Assembly: GCA_037441905.1 (NCBI GenBank)
Contig: JBBIRF010000003.1
Span: 39,690-103,689 of the forward strand
Direction of reading: 5' to 3'
Length of the DNA: 64,000 bases
Origin: Candidatus Aminicenantes bacterium
GTDB taxonomy: Bacteria > Acidobacteriota > Aminicenantia > Aminicenantales > CALLJL01
In this document: one piece after another, positions 45,195 through 55,152 of the stretch
How the letters are laid out: each line of letters begins with the position of its first letter
Numbering within the stretch: the stretch's first letter is position 1
Position numbers and translations under genes: made by a program
The notes under the pieces: generated by a model
Seen by the model: only the letters and a program-made list of their open reading frames with translations
The model's database searches: none
Told to the model about the DNA's origin: nothing

Positions 45195-47663
45195 TCAGGT
45201 GTCAGTATTGTAAGGGAAGATAATCCGGAAAGAAGTCCCTGGCCCGGGCTCAAGCTCGATCTCTGCTCGAATCTGGTTCGTCAGGGTATGGACAATTTGA
45301 AGCCCGAGGGTAGCTGAGTTTTCCAGGGAAAAGTCGGCGGGCAAGCCTATCCCGTTATCCGCCACCGCAAGCAAAGCCTTTGAGGCCTCAACCCGGCGCA
45401 AAATTACTTTTATTTCGCCGCTTCTTTCATGAGGAAAGCCATGCTTGAGAGAGTTGGTCAGGAGCTCGTTAAAAATCATCCCTAAAGGAATGGCGGTGTT
45501 GACTTCAAGCTCCAGTTCTTCAGTTTCAAGCTCGAGATGGACCCGATGGGTGCTGACCCCGCACGACTGGAAGAGGTGGCTCGAGAGATGCTTGAGGTAG
45601 GAAGCAAAGTTGATTCGGGAGAGGTTGGCCGATTGATAAAGTTGTTCATGCACCAGAGCCATCGACCGGATGCGGCGCTGGGCATCGCGAAACATTTCCT
45701 TGGCCGCAGGGTCGGTTACATGATTAGCTTGCAGGTTAAGAAGAGAGGAGATTACCTGCATGTTGTTTTTTACCCGGTGATGGAGTTCGCGCAACAGGAT
45801 ATCCTTTTCTTTTAAGCTCTCCCTGAGCCGGTCTTCGGCGTTTTTCCGGGCGGTTATATCACGCACATATTCGATCACGCCGGAGACGGCGCCGGTTTCC
45901 CTGTCGATGAGCGGCGAGGTAAAAACTTCCAGCCAGCCATCTACTTTCCCTTCCGTTGGGTGATAGGGAATTATCTCCATGGCGGGAAGTCCGGTCTCCA
46001 AGGAGCGGCGGGTCGGGCAGGTTTCGCATGGGTGCTGGCGACCATGATAAGCTTCGTAGCATTTTTTTCCTTCGAGCGGCATGGATTGCCGGTACCATCG
46101 TTCCATAGCCTGGTTAACGCTGATTATGTTGTATTCCCGGTCGAGGACGCACAGCCCGTCCTGAAGGCTGGAAAAAATATTGCTCAAGAAATGTTCTTTT
46201 TCGGCCAGTTCAGCTTCCTTGCGTTTTCTCTCAATCGCCAGAGCCACATCTTCTGAGATTAGCTGGAGCATCGCTTTATCTTCTTCTGAGTAAGTAATTC
46301 TTTCATCGTAGCTTTGAAGGGCCATAACCCCTATGGTCCTTTCGTTAATGCGAAGCGGCACCCCCAGCCATACCTGGGGGATGGTTCCGATGAGTTCCAC
46401 TTCTTGCTGGCTGATGAGTTCTTCAATAACCTTTTGGGTTGCCAGAAGAGGCTGGCCCGTGTGCAAGACGTACTCGGTCAGCCCCCGACGAAGTGACCTC
46501 GGCCGCGGTCGGGGGTCTTTTTCGTCCACAAAGTAGGGAAAAGAGACCTCTTTTTTCTCGGCGTCATAAAGAGCCAGGTAGAAATTGAATGCTGGAATCA
46601 GCTCGCTGATAGTGTTATGAATGATTTCGAGAAAAGCCTCCAGGCTCTGGGTTTTTCCCGCCGCCTCGCCGATTTGGATAAGGGCGGCCAGGGTTTTTGC
46701 CCTTTGATAACGGTTGAGTGCGCTGCTAAATATTCCGGCTGCCAGGCTGAGAAAATTCGAAGTCTCATCTGGCCAATCTTTTGGTTGCTGGGAGGAAACC
46801 CCCAGAAGGCCGATGACTCGTTTTTCCTGGAAAATAGGTACCATGAGGAGGCTCTGAATTCCATAATCAGCCAAAAGCTTCTTTTCCGCGCCATCGGGTA
46901 GTTCGGCCGTATCCGAGACTCGAATCATCCTCCCCTTTAAAAGGTCTTCATACCAGGAAGGAAAAGACTTGGGGTTAAAATCCCGGAGTTTTTCCTCGAG
47001 AGAAGGTCGGCCCTCCTGGCGCCATTCAGCCGCCATCGTCCCGCCAATGCCACCTCTTCTTTCCAGGATTATCGAAGCTCGGTCAGCCTGGGCATAATTC
47101 CCGATAGGCGCCAGAGATTCACGCATTATAGCCTCGATTTTATCTGCCGGACAATTAAGAAGCGAAGACGCCAGCTCGAGAAGGAATCGCTGTTTGTCGA
47201 ACTCCAGGCTGGTCTCCTTCTGCCTTTCCCTGTTTTCAGTGACATCTGCCAGGAAAATAGCCGCTATGGCCGGCGGCCACGAAGAAACCCGGGGGAGCGG
47301 CAACAAGGAACACTCAAGAATTCTTGAGCCAATTTTTGCTTCCCAGGATAGCAGTTGCTTCTCTGGTGAGGCTTCCTGAAAGAAGCCGGCAGGAAGACCC
47401 GGGACCAAGGCTTCAGCCTGGACGCCTATCAGTTCTTCCGAATTCCTGCCTAAGAGGCTGGCGGCTGTCGGGTTAATTGCTTTTACCCGGCCGCGGTGGT
47501 CGAGAATCAGGCAAGGATGCGGGATAGCCTGGAAAAAAACCTCAAAAGGGTTGGAAACAGAAGGTGAAGAAGTTTTCTCCTTGGTCGAAGTCGATTTCTT
47601 CCTGGTCGATCCCTTTGCCTTCCGGCCAGAACTCGGGCGCTGGTTATTTTGCTTTGCGGCCAT
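45195..47663 (-). CDS. Multi-PAS/GAF sensor histidine kinase (HisKA_2-type H-box) with K/S-rich N-terminus
   Basis: ELHHRVKNNMQVISSLLNLQ H-box, C-terminal HATPase (DNGIGLP), several PAS/GAF-like segments, Cys motif HPCETCP. Confidence 0.7.
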   Translation of the reverse strand: MAAKQNNQRPSSGRKAKGSTRKKSTSTKEKTSSPSVSNPFEVFFQAIPHPCLILDHRGRVKAINPTAASLLGRNSEELIGVQAEALVPGLPAGFFQEASPEKQLLSWEAKIGSRILECSLLPLPRVSSWPPAIAAIFLADVTENRERQKETSLEFDKQRFLLELASSLLNCPADKIEAIMRESLAPIGNYAQADRASIILERRGGIGGTMAAEWRQEGRPSLEEKLRDFNPKSFPSWYEDLLKGRMIRVSDTAELPDGAEKKLLADYGIQSLLMVPIFQEKRVIGLLGVSSQQPKDWPDETSNFLSLAAGIFSSALNRYQRAKTLAALIQIGEAAGKTQSLEAFLEIIHNTISELIPAFNFYLALYDAEKKEVSFPYFVDEKDPRPRPRSLRRGLTEYVLHTGQPLLATQKVIEELISQQEVELIGTIPQVWLGVPLRINERTIGVMALQSYDERITYSEEDKAMLQLISEDVALAIERKRKEAELAEKEHFLSNIFSSLQDGLCVLDREYNIISVNQAMERWYRQSMPLEGKKCYEAYHGRQHPCETCPTRRSLETGLPAMEIIPYHPTEGKVDGWLEVFTSPLIDRETGAVSGVIEYVRDITARKNAEDRLRESLKEKDILLRELHHRVKNNMQVISSLLNLQANHVTDPAAKEMFRDAQRRIRSMALVHEQLYQSANLSRINFASYLKHLSSHLFQSCGVSTHRVHLELETEELELEVNTAIPLGMIFNELLTNSLKHGFPHERSGEIKVILRRVEASKALLAVADNGIGLPADFSLENSATLGLQIVHTLTNQIRAEIELEPGPGTSFRIIFPYNTDT

Positions 47664-47705
47664 TATTAAGCCTTTCGCGGTTGGAATGAATAATAAACAA
47701 AAAAA

Positions 47706-47780
47706 TGGTGGGCGGTACTGGGTTCGAACCAGTGACCCCCGGTTTGTAAGACCGATACTCTACCACTGAGCTAACCGCCC
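47706..47780 (-). tRNA. tRNA-Val (anticodon UAC) with encoded CCA
   Basis: Reverse complement reads GGGCGGTTAGCTCAGTGGTAGAGT...CTTACAA...GGTTCGAACCCAGTACCGCCCACCA. Confidence 0.8.
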
Positions 47781-48086
47781 ATCTTTCTTCTAATAGATAA
47801 TATCTTTTCTTTATATCTGTCAAGAAGACCTCCCTGTCCCCATTGGGCGCTGAAACTAAAAACGCCATAAGAGTATTATGTCCAATGGAAGAAAAATCTT
47901 AAACCCAAGGTGTCACTAATGTCCTGACCCGATACAACGCCTTGTAATGACAAAAAATTAAGGATAAAATTTCGGAGCGTCATTGTGGTAGGTTAACTCC
48001 TTTCTTAACTTCTTCATTTTGAAGGAGTTCCTACCACATCTCTATCTAAAAATCACCACACTTTTTACGGATGAGCCTCCAGGGAT

Positions 48087-48115
48087 TTGACAGGGAGGGG
48101 CGCGTATGATAGATT
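48087..48115 (+). promoter_or_regulatory. Sigma-70-like promoter TTGACA-N17-TAGATT upstream of rplU
   Basis: Exact -35 hexamer, 17-nt spacer, 4/6 -10 match, ~35 nt before rplU start. Confidence 0.4.
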
Positions 48116-48147
48116 TATTTTTCCCTTTAAAGCGAGGTTAAAATTTC

Positions 48148-48693
48148 ATGTTTGCCATTATTAAAACAGGCGGAAAGCAATACTGGGTCAAGCCGGGTGA
48201 TGTTATTGAAATAGAAAGACTCAAGGGCCAGGAAGGGCCAGCGGTCGAGTTCAGAGAAGTGTTACTGGTCGACGACGGAACTCAGACACTCGTCGGAATG
48301 CCCTATCTTGAGAAGGCGGTAGTCAGGGCAGAAATAATCGAAGAGTTCAAAGACGACAAAGTCGTGGTGTTTAAAAAAAAGAGGCGCAAGCAGTATAAGA
48401 AGAAAAGAGGCCATCGGCAGGTGAAGACAAGGGTTAAAATCCTGGAAGTGATTCCAGAGGCGTTCGAAGAAAAAGAGCCTGTCTCGGCCGAGAAGCCGGC
48501 AGTCGAAAGGCCACCCGTTACAGAAGTTGCCGCCGAAGAAGTTGTTGCCGTTTCCCCTCAGGCGGAAGTTGTGGAGACGAAGAAACCGGCAAGAGCCGGA
48601 CGGCGGACGCGAGAAAAAGCGCCTGAGGAAGGAGAAGCAAAACAAGAGCCCTCAGGCCCGAAAAGGTCGAGAGGCGCTAAAAAAGAGGGTTAA
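48148..48693 (+). CDS. rplU: Ribosomal protein bL21 with ~80-aa charged C-terminal extension
   Basis: MFAIIKTGGKQYWVKPGDVIEIERL canonical L21 N-terminus; long E/K/P/A-rich tail. Confidence 0.85.
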   Translation: MFAIIKTGGKQYWVKPGDVIEIERLKGQEGPAVEFREVLLVDDGTQTLVGMPYLEKAVVRAEIIEEFKDDKVVVFKKKRRKQYKKKRGHRQVKTRVKILEVIPEAFEEKEPVSAEKPAVERPPVTEVAAEEVVAVSPQAEVVETKKPARAGRRTREKAPEEGEAKQEPSGPKRSRGAKKEG

Positions 48694-48713
48694 GATTATT
48701 CGGGAGTTGACCT

Positions 48714-48968
48714 GTGGCCCATAAAAAATCAGGCGGTAGCGCCCGCAACGGAAGGGACAGCCGCGGCAAGAGATTAGGGGTTAAGCGTTTTGGGGGGCAG
48801 TTTGTTCTTGCCGGAAGCATCTTAGTCAGGCAGAGAGGGACGCCTTTTAAGCCAGGATTGAATGTCGGCCGCGGAAGCGATGACACCCTTTACGCTAAGG
48901 TCAGCGGCCGAGTCGTTTTTCATGATAAAGGGACCAGGGGAAAATTTGTTTCTGTCCTGCCGGCCTGA
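48714..48968 (+). CDS. rpmA: Ribosomal protein bL27
   Basis: [24 protein letters not shown] canonical L27 N-terminus. Confidence 0.9.
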   Translation: MAHKKSGGSARNGRDSRGKRLGVKRFGGQFVLAGSILVRQRGTPFKPGLNVGRGSDDTLYAKVSGRVVFHDKGTRGKFVSVLPA

Positions 48969-49061
48969 ATTTAGTTTGCCCCGTTCTATGGCTTCGAGAG
49001 AGTGACCAGCGAAAATCTGCCGATAATTCCCGTCTCGAGGCTGGTTTATTAAGCTATCCGT

Positions 49062-50144
49062 ATGTTTATCGACCAGGTTAAGATATTAGTAAGGGCTGGC
49101 AAGGGGGGCAATGGCTGCGTCAGCTTCCGGCGGGAATGGGGTGTCCCCCGGGGAGGCCCGGACGGCGGAAACGGGGGCCGGGGAGGAAACATAATAATTA
49201 TCGCCGACGAAAGAGTCAAATCTTTGGCCTACTATCGTTTCCATCCGATAAACAGGGCTAAAAATGGCGGCCACGGTCGGGGGAGTAACTGTCATGGAAA
49301 ATCGGGTGAAGATTTGACCCTGAGAGTTCCGGTAGGCACCGTGGTCAAGGACGAGCTAACGGGCGAGGTGCTGTATGATTTTGTTAAGCCAGGCGAGAGA
49401 TTTATTGTCGCTCGCGGGGGCAGGGGAGGTCGGGGCAATGCCGCTTTTGCCACTCCGACTCACCAGGCCCCCCGGGAAGCTGAGCCAGGAGCGCCGGGCG
49501 AAGAAAGACAGCTAATCCTGGAGCTGAAGCTGATTGCTGATGTCGGCCTGATAGGGTTTCCTAACACTGGTAAATCAACCCTGATTTCGAGGATTTCAGC
49601 GGCCCGGCCAAAAATAGCAGATTATCCGTTCACCACGCTTTCCCCCAACTTAGGAGTTGTGGATGTCGATGAGAATCAAAGCTTTGTCGTCGCTGATATT
49701 CCCGGGATAATCGAAGGAGCTCATGAGGGGCATGGGCTGGGAATAAAGTTCCTCCGTCATATAGAAAGGACCAAGCTGCTTGTCCATCTCATCGATATTT
49801 CTCCCTTTACCGGTCGTGAACCAACCGAGGACTACTACGTTGTCCTCAAAGAACTAAAGGCTTATAATCCCGAGCTCGGAGAGAGGAGGCAGATTATCGT
49901 CGCCAATAAAATTGACCTTATCGGAAAGGACCGGACTCGGCTGAAAGCTGTCGAGGCCCTTGCCCGGAAGGAGGGGTTCCCGTTCGCAGCTATCTCGGCC
50001 CTCAAGGGTGTTGGCTTGAGAAGACTAATCTTCTTAATGGCCAGGGAACTCGAGAGAGCCAGGGAGAGCGCTCCGAAAAAAGAAGAAGATTTGTTTTCTG
50101 GCCGGGATTCGGCTTCAGGAAGGCAAGGAACTCAGGAGAGATGA
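49062..50144 (+). CDS. obg: GTPase Obg/CgtA
   Basis: Gly-rich Obg fold N-terminus (GGNGGRGG), G1 GFPNTGKST, classic rplU-rpmA-obg synteny. Confidence 0.9.
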   Translation: MFIDQVKILVRAGKGGNGCVSFRREWGVPRGGPDGGNGGRGGNIIIIADERVKSLAYYRFHPINRAKNGGHGRGSNCHGKSGEDLTLRVPVGTVVKDELTGEVLYDFVKPGERFIVARGGRGGRGNAAFATPTHQAPREAEPGAPGEERQLILELKLIADVGLIGFPNTGKSTLISRISAARPKIADYPFTTLSPNLGVVDVDENQSFVVADIPGIIEGAHEGHGLGIKFLRHIERTKLLVHLIDISPFTGREPTEDYYVVLKELKAYNPELGERRQIIVANKIDLIGKDRTRLKAVEALARKEGFPFAAISALKGVGLRRLIFLMARELERARESAPKKEEDLFSGRDSASGRQGTQER

Positions 50145-50815
50145 ACGGCTCAGGCGTTAGCCGGTTAGGTCTTTTTGGCGGCACTTTTAACCCCATTCAT
50201 AACGGGCATCTTAAGGTAGCCAGGGAGGCGAGCCGCTTTTTCTCTCTGGATAAAGTCCTCTTTATCCCCTCCCATCTTCCCCCCCATAAACCAGCCTGGG
50301 AGGTCGTTTCAGGCGAAGACCGTTTGCGGATGGTGGAGTTAGCTATTGCTGGCTATCCTCAGTTCGAAGCGAGCGCGGTCGAGGTGGAAAGGCCCGGCCC
50401 TTCTTATTCTATCGTAACCATCAAAGAGATAAAGAAGGAGTATCCGGCGGCCGAAATTTTCTTCCTCGTGGGAATAGATGCCTTCCTGGAAATAAAAACC
50501 TGGAGGGATTATGACCAGGTTCTCAGGTCATGTTCCTTTATCGTGGTCAGTCGACCAGGGTATGACCTAAATCAAGCGGCTGCGGTTTTAGGAAAAGAAT
50601 GGAAAGACAGGGTGATTGAAGTAAACAAGACGGCATTCATCCACCAGCCGGCCAAGGCAGGTCCGTTAATCTTCCTTTTTCCGATGGCTTCCCTGGAGAT
50701 ATCATCGAGTGAAATCAGGCGTCGCTTGCATGAGCGGGAACCTGTATCCGGAATGCTGCCCGAAGCGGTTGAAAAATATATCCAGCAAAATAAACTTTAC
50801 CGGGAAATTCCATGA
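50141..50815 (+). CDS. nadD: Nicotinate-nucleotide adenylyltransferase
   Basis: GGTFNPIHNGH motif. Confidence 0.85.
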   Translation: MNGSGVSRLGLFGGTFNPIHNGHLKVAREASRFFSLDKVLFIPSHLPPHKPAWEVVSGEDRLRMVELAIAGYPQFEASAVEVERPGPSYSIVTIKEIKKEYPAAEIFFLVGIDAFLEIKTWRDYDQVLRSCSFIVVSRPGYDLNQAAAVLGKEWKDRVIEVNKTAFIHQPAKAGPLIFLFPMASLEISSSEIRRRLHEREPVSGMLPEAVEKYIQQNKLYREIP

Positions 50816-51189
50816 AGAACGTCCAAGGGAAAAAACTCACTCGAAGAGGGCTCCCTTCTGAGGTTCGTTTATCCTTAAAGGTGAGCCAGGCCAAGAAGGC
50901 GGAGGAGATTGTGGTCCTCGACTTAAGAGGCATAGCCTCGTTTACAGACTATTTTGTCATCATGCACGGCAATTCTACTAGGCAAAACATCGCCATTTAT
51001 CAGGCTATCGAAGAGAGCCTCGCAAAAGAGGGCATATTCCCCTTAGGCGTGGAGGGAGAGGTTAACGGCGAATGGGTCTTGATGGATTATGGGCATTTCG
51101 TTATCCATATTTTTTCCCGGCGGGCGAGAGATTATTATGCTCTGGAGAAACTCTGGCAGGATGCCCCATCCCTTAGCCTTAAGCCCTGA
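50812..51189 (+). CDS. rsfS: Ribosomal silencing factor RsfS (Iojap)
   Basis: VVLDLRGIASFTDYFVIMHGNSTRQ motif, synteny after nadD. Confidence 0.8.
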   Translation: MKNVQGKKLTRRGLPSEVRLSLKVSQAKKAEEIVVLDLRGIASFTDYFVIMHGNSTRQNIAIYQAIEESLAKEGIFPLGVEGEVNGEWVLMDYGHFVIHIFSRRARDYYALEKLWQDAPSLSLKP

Positions 51190-51297
51190 TATATATTTTT
51201 AAGCAAGAAAAAAGCTATTGACTTTTAGCGGCCGGGTCGCTATTTATTATTGGCCCAAATAAGGAGCCAGGGGGTTTTGGGCTAACCTGGAAGACCG

Positions 51298-51762
51298 ATG
51301 ATTCGAGTTCTTTGGCCGGGTAAAACCAAGAACCCAGAGCTCCGGCGCCTGGTCGAGGAATATGTAAACCGACTCAAGAAATTAACAGCTATTGAGGTAA
51401 TTGAGACTAAGGAAGGGATTGCCGGGAAAGCCGGGTCGGTTGAAAAAATTAAGACCCAGGAGGCGCGTTATTTGAAAAAAAGGGCCGGGACAGGGTATCT
51501 TGTTTGTCTTAGCGACCGGGGCAGGGAGATGACGTCGGAGGAATTCGGCCAATGGCTGAGAAAAAGGATTGAAACCGACTCCCGGCCGCTGACGTTTATT
51601 ATAGGAGGCTACGCGGGAATAGACGACAAGCTTGCCGCTGAGGCGGACGAGCTCCTGGCTTTGTCGCGGATGACCTTAAGCCATGAGTTAAGTCGTCTGG
51701 TCCTGCTGGAACAAATTTACCGCGGTTTAACCCAGATGAAAGGATGGCCCTATGCCAAGTAA
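51298..51762 (+). CDS. rlmH: 23S rRNA (pseudouridine1915-N3)-methyltransferase RlmH (SPOUT)
   Basis: ~155 aa SPOUT fold, synteny after rsfS. Confidence 0.75.
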   Translation: MIRVLWPGKTKNPELRRLVEEYVNRLKKLTAIEVIETKEGIAGKAGSVEKIKTQEARYLKKRAGTGYLVCLSDRGREMTSEEFGQWLRKRIETDSRPLTFIIGGYAGIDDKLAAEADELLALSRMTLSHELSRLVLLEQIYRGLTQMKGWPYAK

Positions 51763-52162
51763 AACTGAAAATCTAAGCAAGAAAGACTTGCAAGAACTGA
51801 AAAAAAGGCTTCTCGAGAGGAAAGAAGCTATCCTGAAGAAAATGCGGCAGTATTATGAAGAAAGCCAGGAAGTAGAAGCCAACATTGCCCAGGATGCCGT
51901 TGACCGAGCCGAGAGTTCTTACACCAAGGAATTCTTATTATCATTAACCGATGCCGAGAGAGAACAACTCTCTTTAATCAACGAAGCGCTCCGCCGACTC
52001 GCCCGCGGGAATTACGGGCTTTGTCAGAGTTGCGGCCAGCCGATTAGCAAGAAAAGGTTAGAGATCGTGCCCTGGGCCCCTCTCTGCGTTGCCTGCCAGC
52101 AGAAAAAAGAGAAGGAAGAGCAGGAAGAGAAAGAGATTGAACGCGAAAAAGAAATCCTGTGA
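51752..52162 (+). CDS. DksA/TraR-family C4 zinc-finger protein
   Basis: Coiled-coil N-terminus, CQSCGQPI...CVAC zinc finger. Confidence 0.65.
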   Translation: MPSKTENLSKKDLQELKKRLLERKEAILKKMRQYYEESQEVEANIAQDAVDRAESSYTKEFLLSLTDAEREQLSLINEALRRLARGNYGLCQSCGQPISKKRLEIVPWAPLCVACQQKKEKEEQEEKEIEREKEIL

Positions 52163-52899
52163 AGCAAGGAAGAGAGCTGCTCTGGAAAAAAGGGGCTCGA
52201 CTGTTCGAATTGCTAATTTTTCCCTCTTTTTGTCGGATTTGTTCGCGTCTGCTTGACGGGCCGGACGAGAGAATAATCTGCCGTAGCTGCTGGGAAAAAA
52301 TTCCTTTTCCGCCGGCGGGGTACTGTCCTGGCTGTGGCCGCTTCCTGAGCGACGGCGACCAGCCAGGTTATTGTTTCTCTTGCCAGCAGGAGAGAAAGGT
52401 TTTTTCCCTTCACCGCTCGTGCACTCGGTATGAAGGTATGGCCAAAGAAATTATCTGGCTGTTCAAGTACGGCAAGATAAGGGTTCTGGGTAAAAGGCTG
52501 GCCCGGTTGGCCGTCGAGCGCTTAGGAGGAGAAGGTATTTTTGCCGGAGTGGAGGTTATCGTTCCTGTCCCTCTCCACCCGAAAAAACAGAAGAGGCGCG
52601 GGTTTAACCAGGCAGCGGAAATAGCCTTGGGCCTCGGCCAGGAGCTCAGAATAAGAGTCGCCCCGAAGGCTCTGGCGAAAAGAAGGGATAATCCCGCCCA
52701 GGCTTCGCTCGAAGCTGAAGCCAGGAGAGAGAATGTCAAGGGAGTTTATGAAATCAAGGAGCAGGGAAAGGTAGGGGGGAAGGTGGTGTTATTAGTCGAC
52801 GACGTTTATACTACCGGGTCGACCATTGCCGAATGCAGCCTGATTTTGAAAAAAGCTGGAGCTAAAGAAATCAGGGCGCTGACAATTGCCCAGGCCTGA
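52159..52899 (+). CDS. comF: ComF-family phosphoribosyltransferase-like protein
   Basis: N-terminal Cys4 zinc fingers, C-terminal PRTase motif VLLVDDVYTTGST. Confidence 0.75.
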   Translation: MKQGRELLWKKGARLFELLIFPSFCRICSRLLDGPDERIICRSCWEKIPFPPAGYCPGCGRFLSDGDQPGYCFSCQQERKVFSLHRSCTRYEGMAKEIIWLFKYGKIRVLGKRLARLAVERLGGEGIFAGVEVIVPVPLHPKKQKRRGFNQAAEIALGLGQELRIRVAPKALAKRRDNPAQASLEAEARRENVKGVYEIKEQGKVGGKVVLLVDDVYTTGSTIAECSLILKKAGAKEIRALTIAQA

Positions 52900-52958
52900 G
52901 GGGGGCTGGAAATAAAAAAGCCCGGCCGGATGGCCGGGCTTTTTAGCTCAACCGCTGA

Positions 52959-53432
52959 TTACTTTTTGTTAGCTTTTTCCGGGGAAGAAGGCTTAAGAAC
53001 TTTGACCCTCCGGGGTTTTAACTCTTCTCTCTTGGGCATAACCACCTTGAGGACTCCGTTATCGTATTCGGCCCGGATTTTGTCCTGGTCGATATAATCA
53101 GGTAGAGTGAAGGACCGGTAGAAGGTGCCGTACGACCTCTCTATCCGGTGGTAGTTTTCTTCCTTGGTTTCCTTTTCGAATTTCCTTTCGCCTTTCAGGA
53201 CGAGGGTGTTGTCTTCGATCTTAATCTCAACATCGTCTTCCTTTACGCCCGGAATTTCCGCAGTGAGGACGAGTTCGTTATCCTTCTCGTAGATGTCAAC
53301 AGCGGGAACCCAGGTGCTGCCGATGAACTCTTTTTCCTCGGTCCGGAAGGGGAAGGCTTCTTCGAAAAGGCGGTTCATCCTTTCCCGGAGAGTCAAAAGG
53401 TCTTTGAAGGGGTCCCATCTGATAATCGCCAT
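52959..53432 (-). CDS. Hsp20/alpha-crystallin small heat-shock protein
   Basis: ACD-type sequence (VDIYEKDNELVLTAEIPGV...). Confidence 0.85.
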   Translation of the reverse strand: MAIIRWDPFKDLLTLRERMNRLFEEAFPFRTEEKEFIGSTWVPAVDIYEKDNELVLTAEIPGVKEDDVEIKIEDNTLVLKGERKFEKETKEENYHRIERSYGTFYRSFTLPDYIDQDKIRAEYDNGVLKVVMPKREELKPRRVKVLKPSSPEKANKK

Positions 53433-53464
53433 TTTATCACCTCCTTTTTAGTTTTTCCAATTAA

Positions 53465-53493
53465 AATATAATCCTTTAGCATGATTTTGTCAA
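53465..53493 (-). promoter_or_regulatory. Sigma-70-like promoter TTGACA-N17-TATATT for hsp20 (minus strand)
   Basis: Reverse complement reads TTGACAaaatcatgctaaaggatTATATT, ~30 nt upstream of AGGAGGTG RBS. Confidence 0.45.
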
Positions 53494-53635
53494 GTATTTT
53501 TGATTAAATTATAATTAATTTTTGCCGCGCTTCGTTTGCCTTCCCTTAGCCCTATTTTTTAAGGGAAGGCTAGTCTAATCATTTGGTGCTTTTTCTTGAG
53601 CGCCAATCAAAAGAGAAGGGAAAATGCGGGTTGAT

Positions 53636-54331
53636 TTAGGTTTTTTTGCCCTCGATTAACATGGTAATTTCCCCCAGGATCTGTTTCCCCTGAATCATTC
53701 TGATTACCTCTTCCACCCTCCCCCGGATAAACTCTTCATGTACCTTTGTCAGCTCCCGGGCGATTACGACTTGCCTGTTCCCGAGGACCTCAGCTATCAA
53801 TTCTAAAAAACCCATTAGCCTCCGGCCAGGGAGGTAGAAAGCTATTATTCCTTCTTCTTCGGCCAGCGAGCTAACCAGCCTGCGCAAGCGCTCCTTCTTG
53901 GCCGTCGGGAATCCGAGGAATAACACTCTATTCAGTGGCAAACCGGCGGCGCTGAGCGCGGCTGTGAGGGCTGATGGCCCCGGGACGGGCACGACCTTGA
54001 TATTCTCGGCTATGGCCGCCTGAAGCAGCCGGTATCCCGGGTCAGAAATCCCTGGAGTTCCTGAATCAGATACCAGCGCCACCTTCTTACCCTCCCGGAG
54101 ATAATTGATAATCCGGGGAACGCGGCTCGCCTCCTTAGGCTGGTAATAGCTGATTAATTTTTTCCTCAGCCCGTATTTGTTGAGCAATTTTATGGTTACT
54201 CTCGTATCCTCACAGGCAATTATATCCGCCTCTGAAAGCACGCGAAGAGCCCGAAGGGTGATATCTTCCAGGTTTCCGATGGGAGTGGCGACAACGAAAA
54301 GAACACCCCTGGTCAGTTGAGACCCAGCCAT
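53636..54331 (-). CDS. rsmI: 16S rRNA 2'-O-methyltransferase RsmI (tetrapyrrole-methylase fold)
   Basis: LFVVATPIGNLEDITLRA N-terminus typical of RsmI. Confidence 0.8.
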   Translation of the reverse strand: MAGSQLTRGVLFVVATPIGNLEDITLRALRVLSEADIIACEDTRVTIKLLNKYGLRKKLISYYQPKEASRVPRIINYLREGKKVALVSDSGTPGISDPGYRLLQAAIAENIKVVPVPGPSALTAALSAAGLPLNRVLFLGFPTAKKERLRRLVSSLAEEEGIIAFYLPGRRLMGFLELIAEVLGNRQVVIARELTKVHEEFIRGRVEEVIRMIQGKQILGEITMLIEGKKT

Positions 54332-54339
54332 TGCCCGTT

Positions 54340-55152
54340 TCAGCGCTCCCAGTCGTAGGGATAAAGGAAATCATGCCCTACGGTGCGGGAAGAGAGTTTG
54401 ACTATCGGAGGCGTCCGGCGCTTAAACTCATTCCGCCGGACCATTTCCCAGACTCTTTCGACCTTCGACCGGTCAAAACCTCCAGCTATGAGCTCCTGTC
54501 TGGTTCGCCTGAGGTCGACGAGCTCGTACAGGATTCGGTCAAGCTCCTCGTAGGCAAGCCCGATTTCGGCCTCGTCGGTTTGTCCTGGCCACAGGCCAGC
54601 CGTCGGCTTTTTCTTCAGGATTTTTTCCGGCACCCCTAACCAGGATCCCAGAGCCCGAATCTGGGTCTTGTAGAGGTCTCCGAGGGGGTTGAGGCCGCAG
54701 GCCATATCCCCGTGGATAGTCCCGTAGCCTATCAATAATTCTGTTTTATTGCTTGTCCCTAAAATGAGGGCCTTTTCGCGGACCGAATAGTCGTAGAGAA
54801 TTGACATCCTCTCGCGGGCCATCTTGTTGCCTTTCTGGACATGGTTAGTGGTCGAATGGAGGTTGAAGTAAGCGTCAATCATCGGTTTTATGTCGATTGT
54901 GATTGACCGGCAGCCAACTATCGCCGCAACCTCCCGGGCGTCTTCTACCTCTTCGGGGAAGGTTTCTCCGTAAGGCATGACCAGGCCGACAACATGCTCC
55001 GGGCCGAGGGCTCTGGTGGCCAAGAAAGCGCAAACAGAAGAATCAAGGCCACCGGAAAGCCCGATAATTGCCCGTTCAAACCCGAACTTGGCTAACTCTT
55101 CGCGGATAAAAGAAACAATTATCCTGGTGACAAACTCAGGGTTAATCTTCAT
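54340..55152 (-). CDS. nadE: NH3-dependent NAD+ synthetase
   Basis: PP-loop LSGGLDSS. Confidence 0.85.
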   Translation of the reverse strand: MKINPEFVTRIIVSFIREELAKFGFERAIIGLSGGLDSSVCAFLATRALGPEHVVGLVMPYGETFPEEVEDAREVAAIVGCRSITIDIKPMIDAYFNLHSTTNHVQKGNKMARERMSILYDYSVREKALILGTSNKTELLIGYGTIHGDMACGLNPLGDLYKTQIRALGSWLGVPEKILKKKPTAGLWPGQTDEAEIGLAYEELDRILYELVDLRRTRQELIAGGFDRSKVERVWEMVRRNEFKRRTPPIVKLSSRTVGHDFLYPYDWER

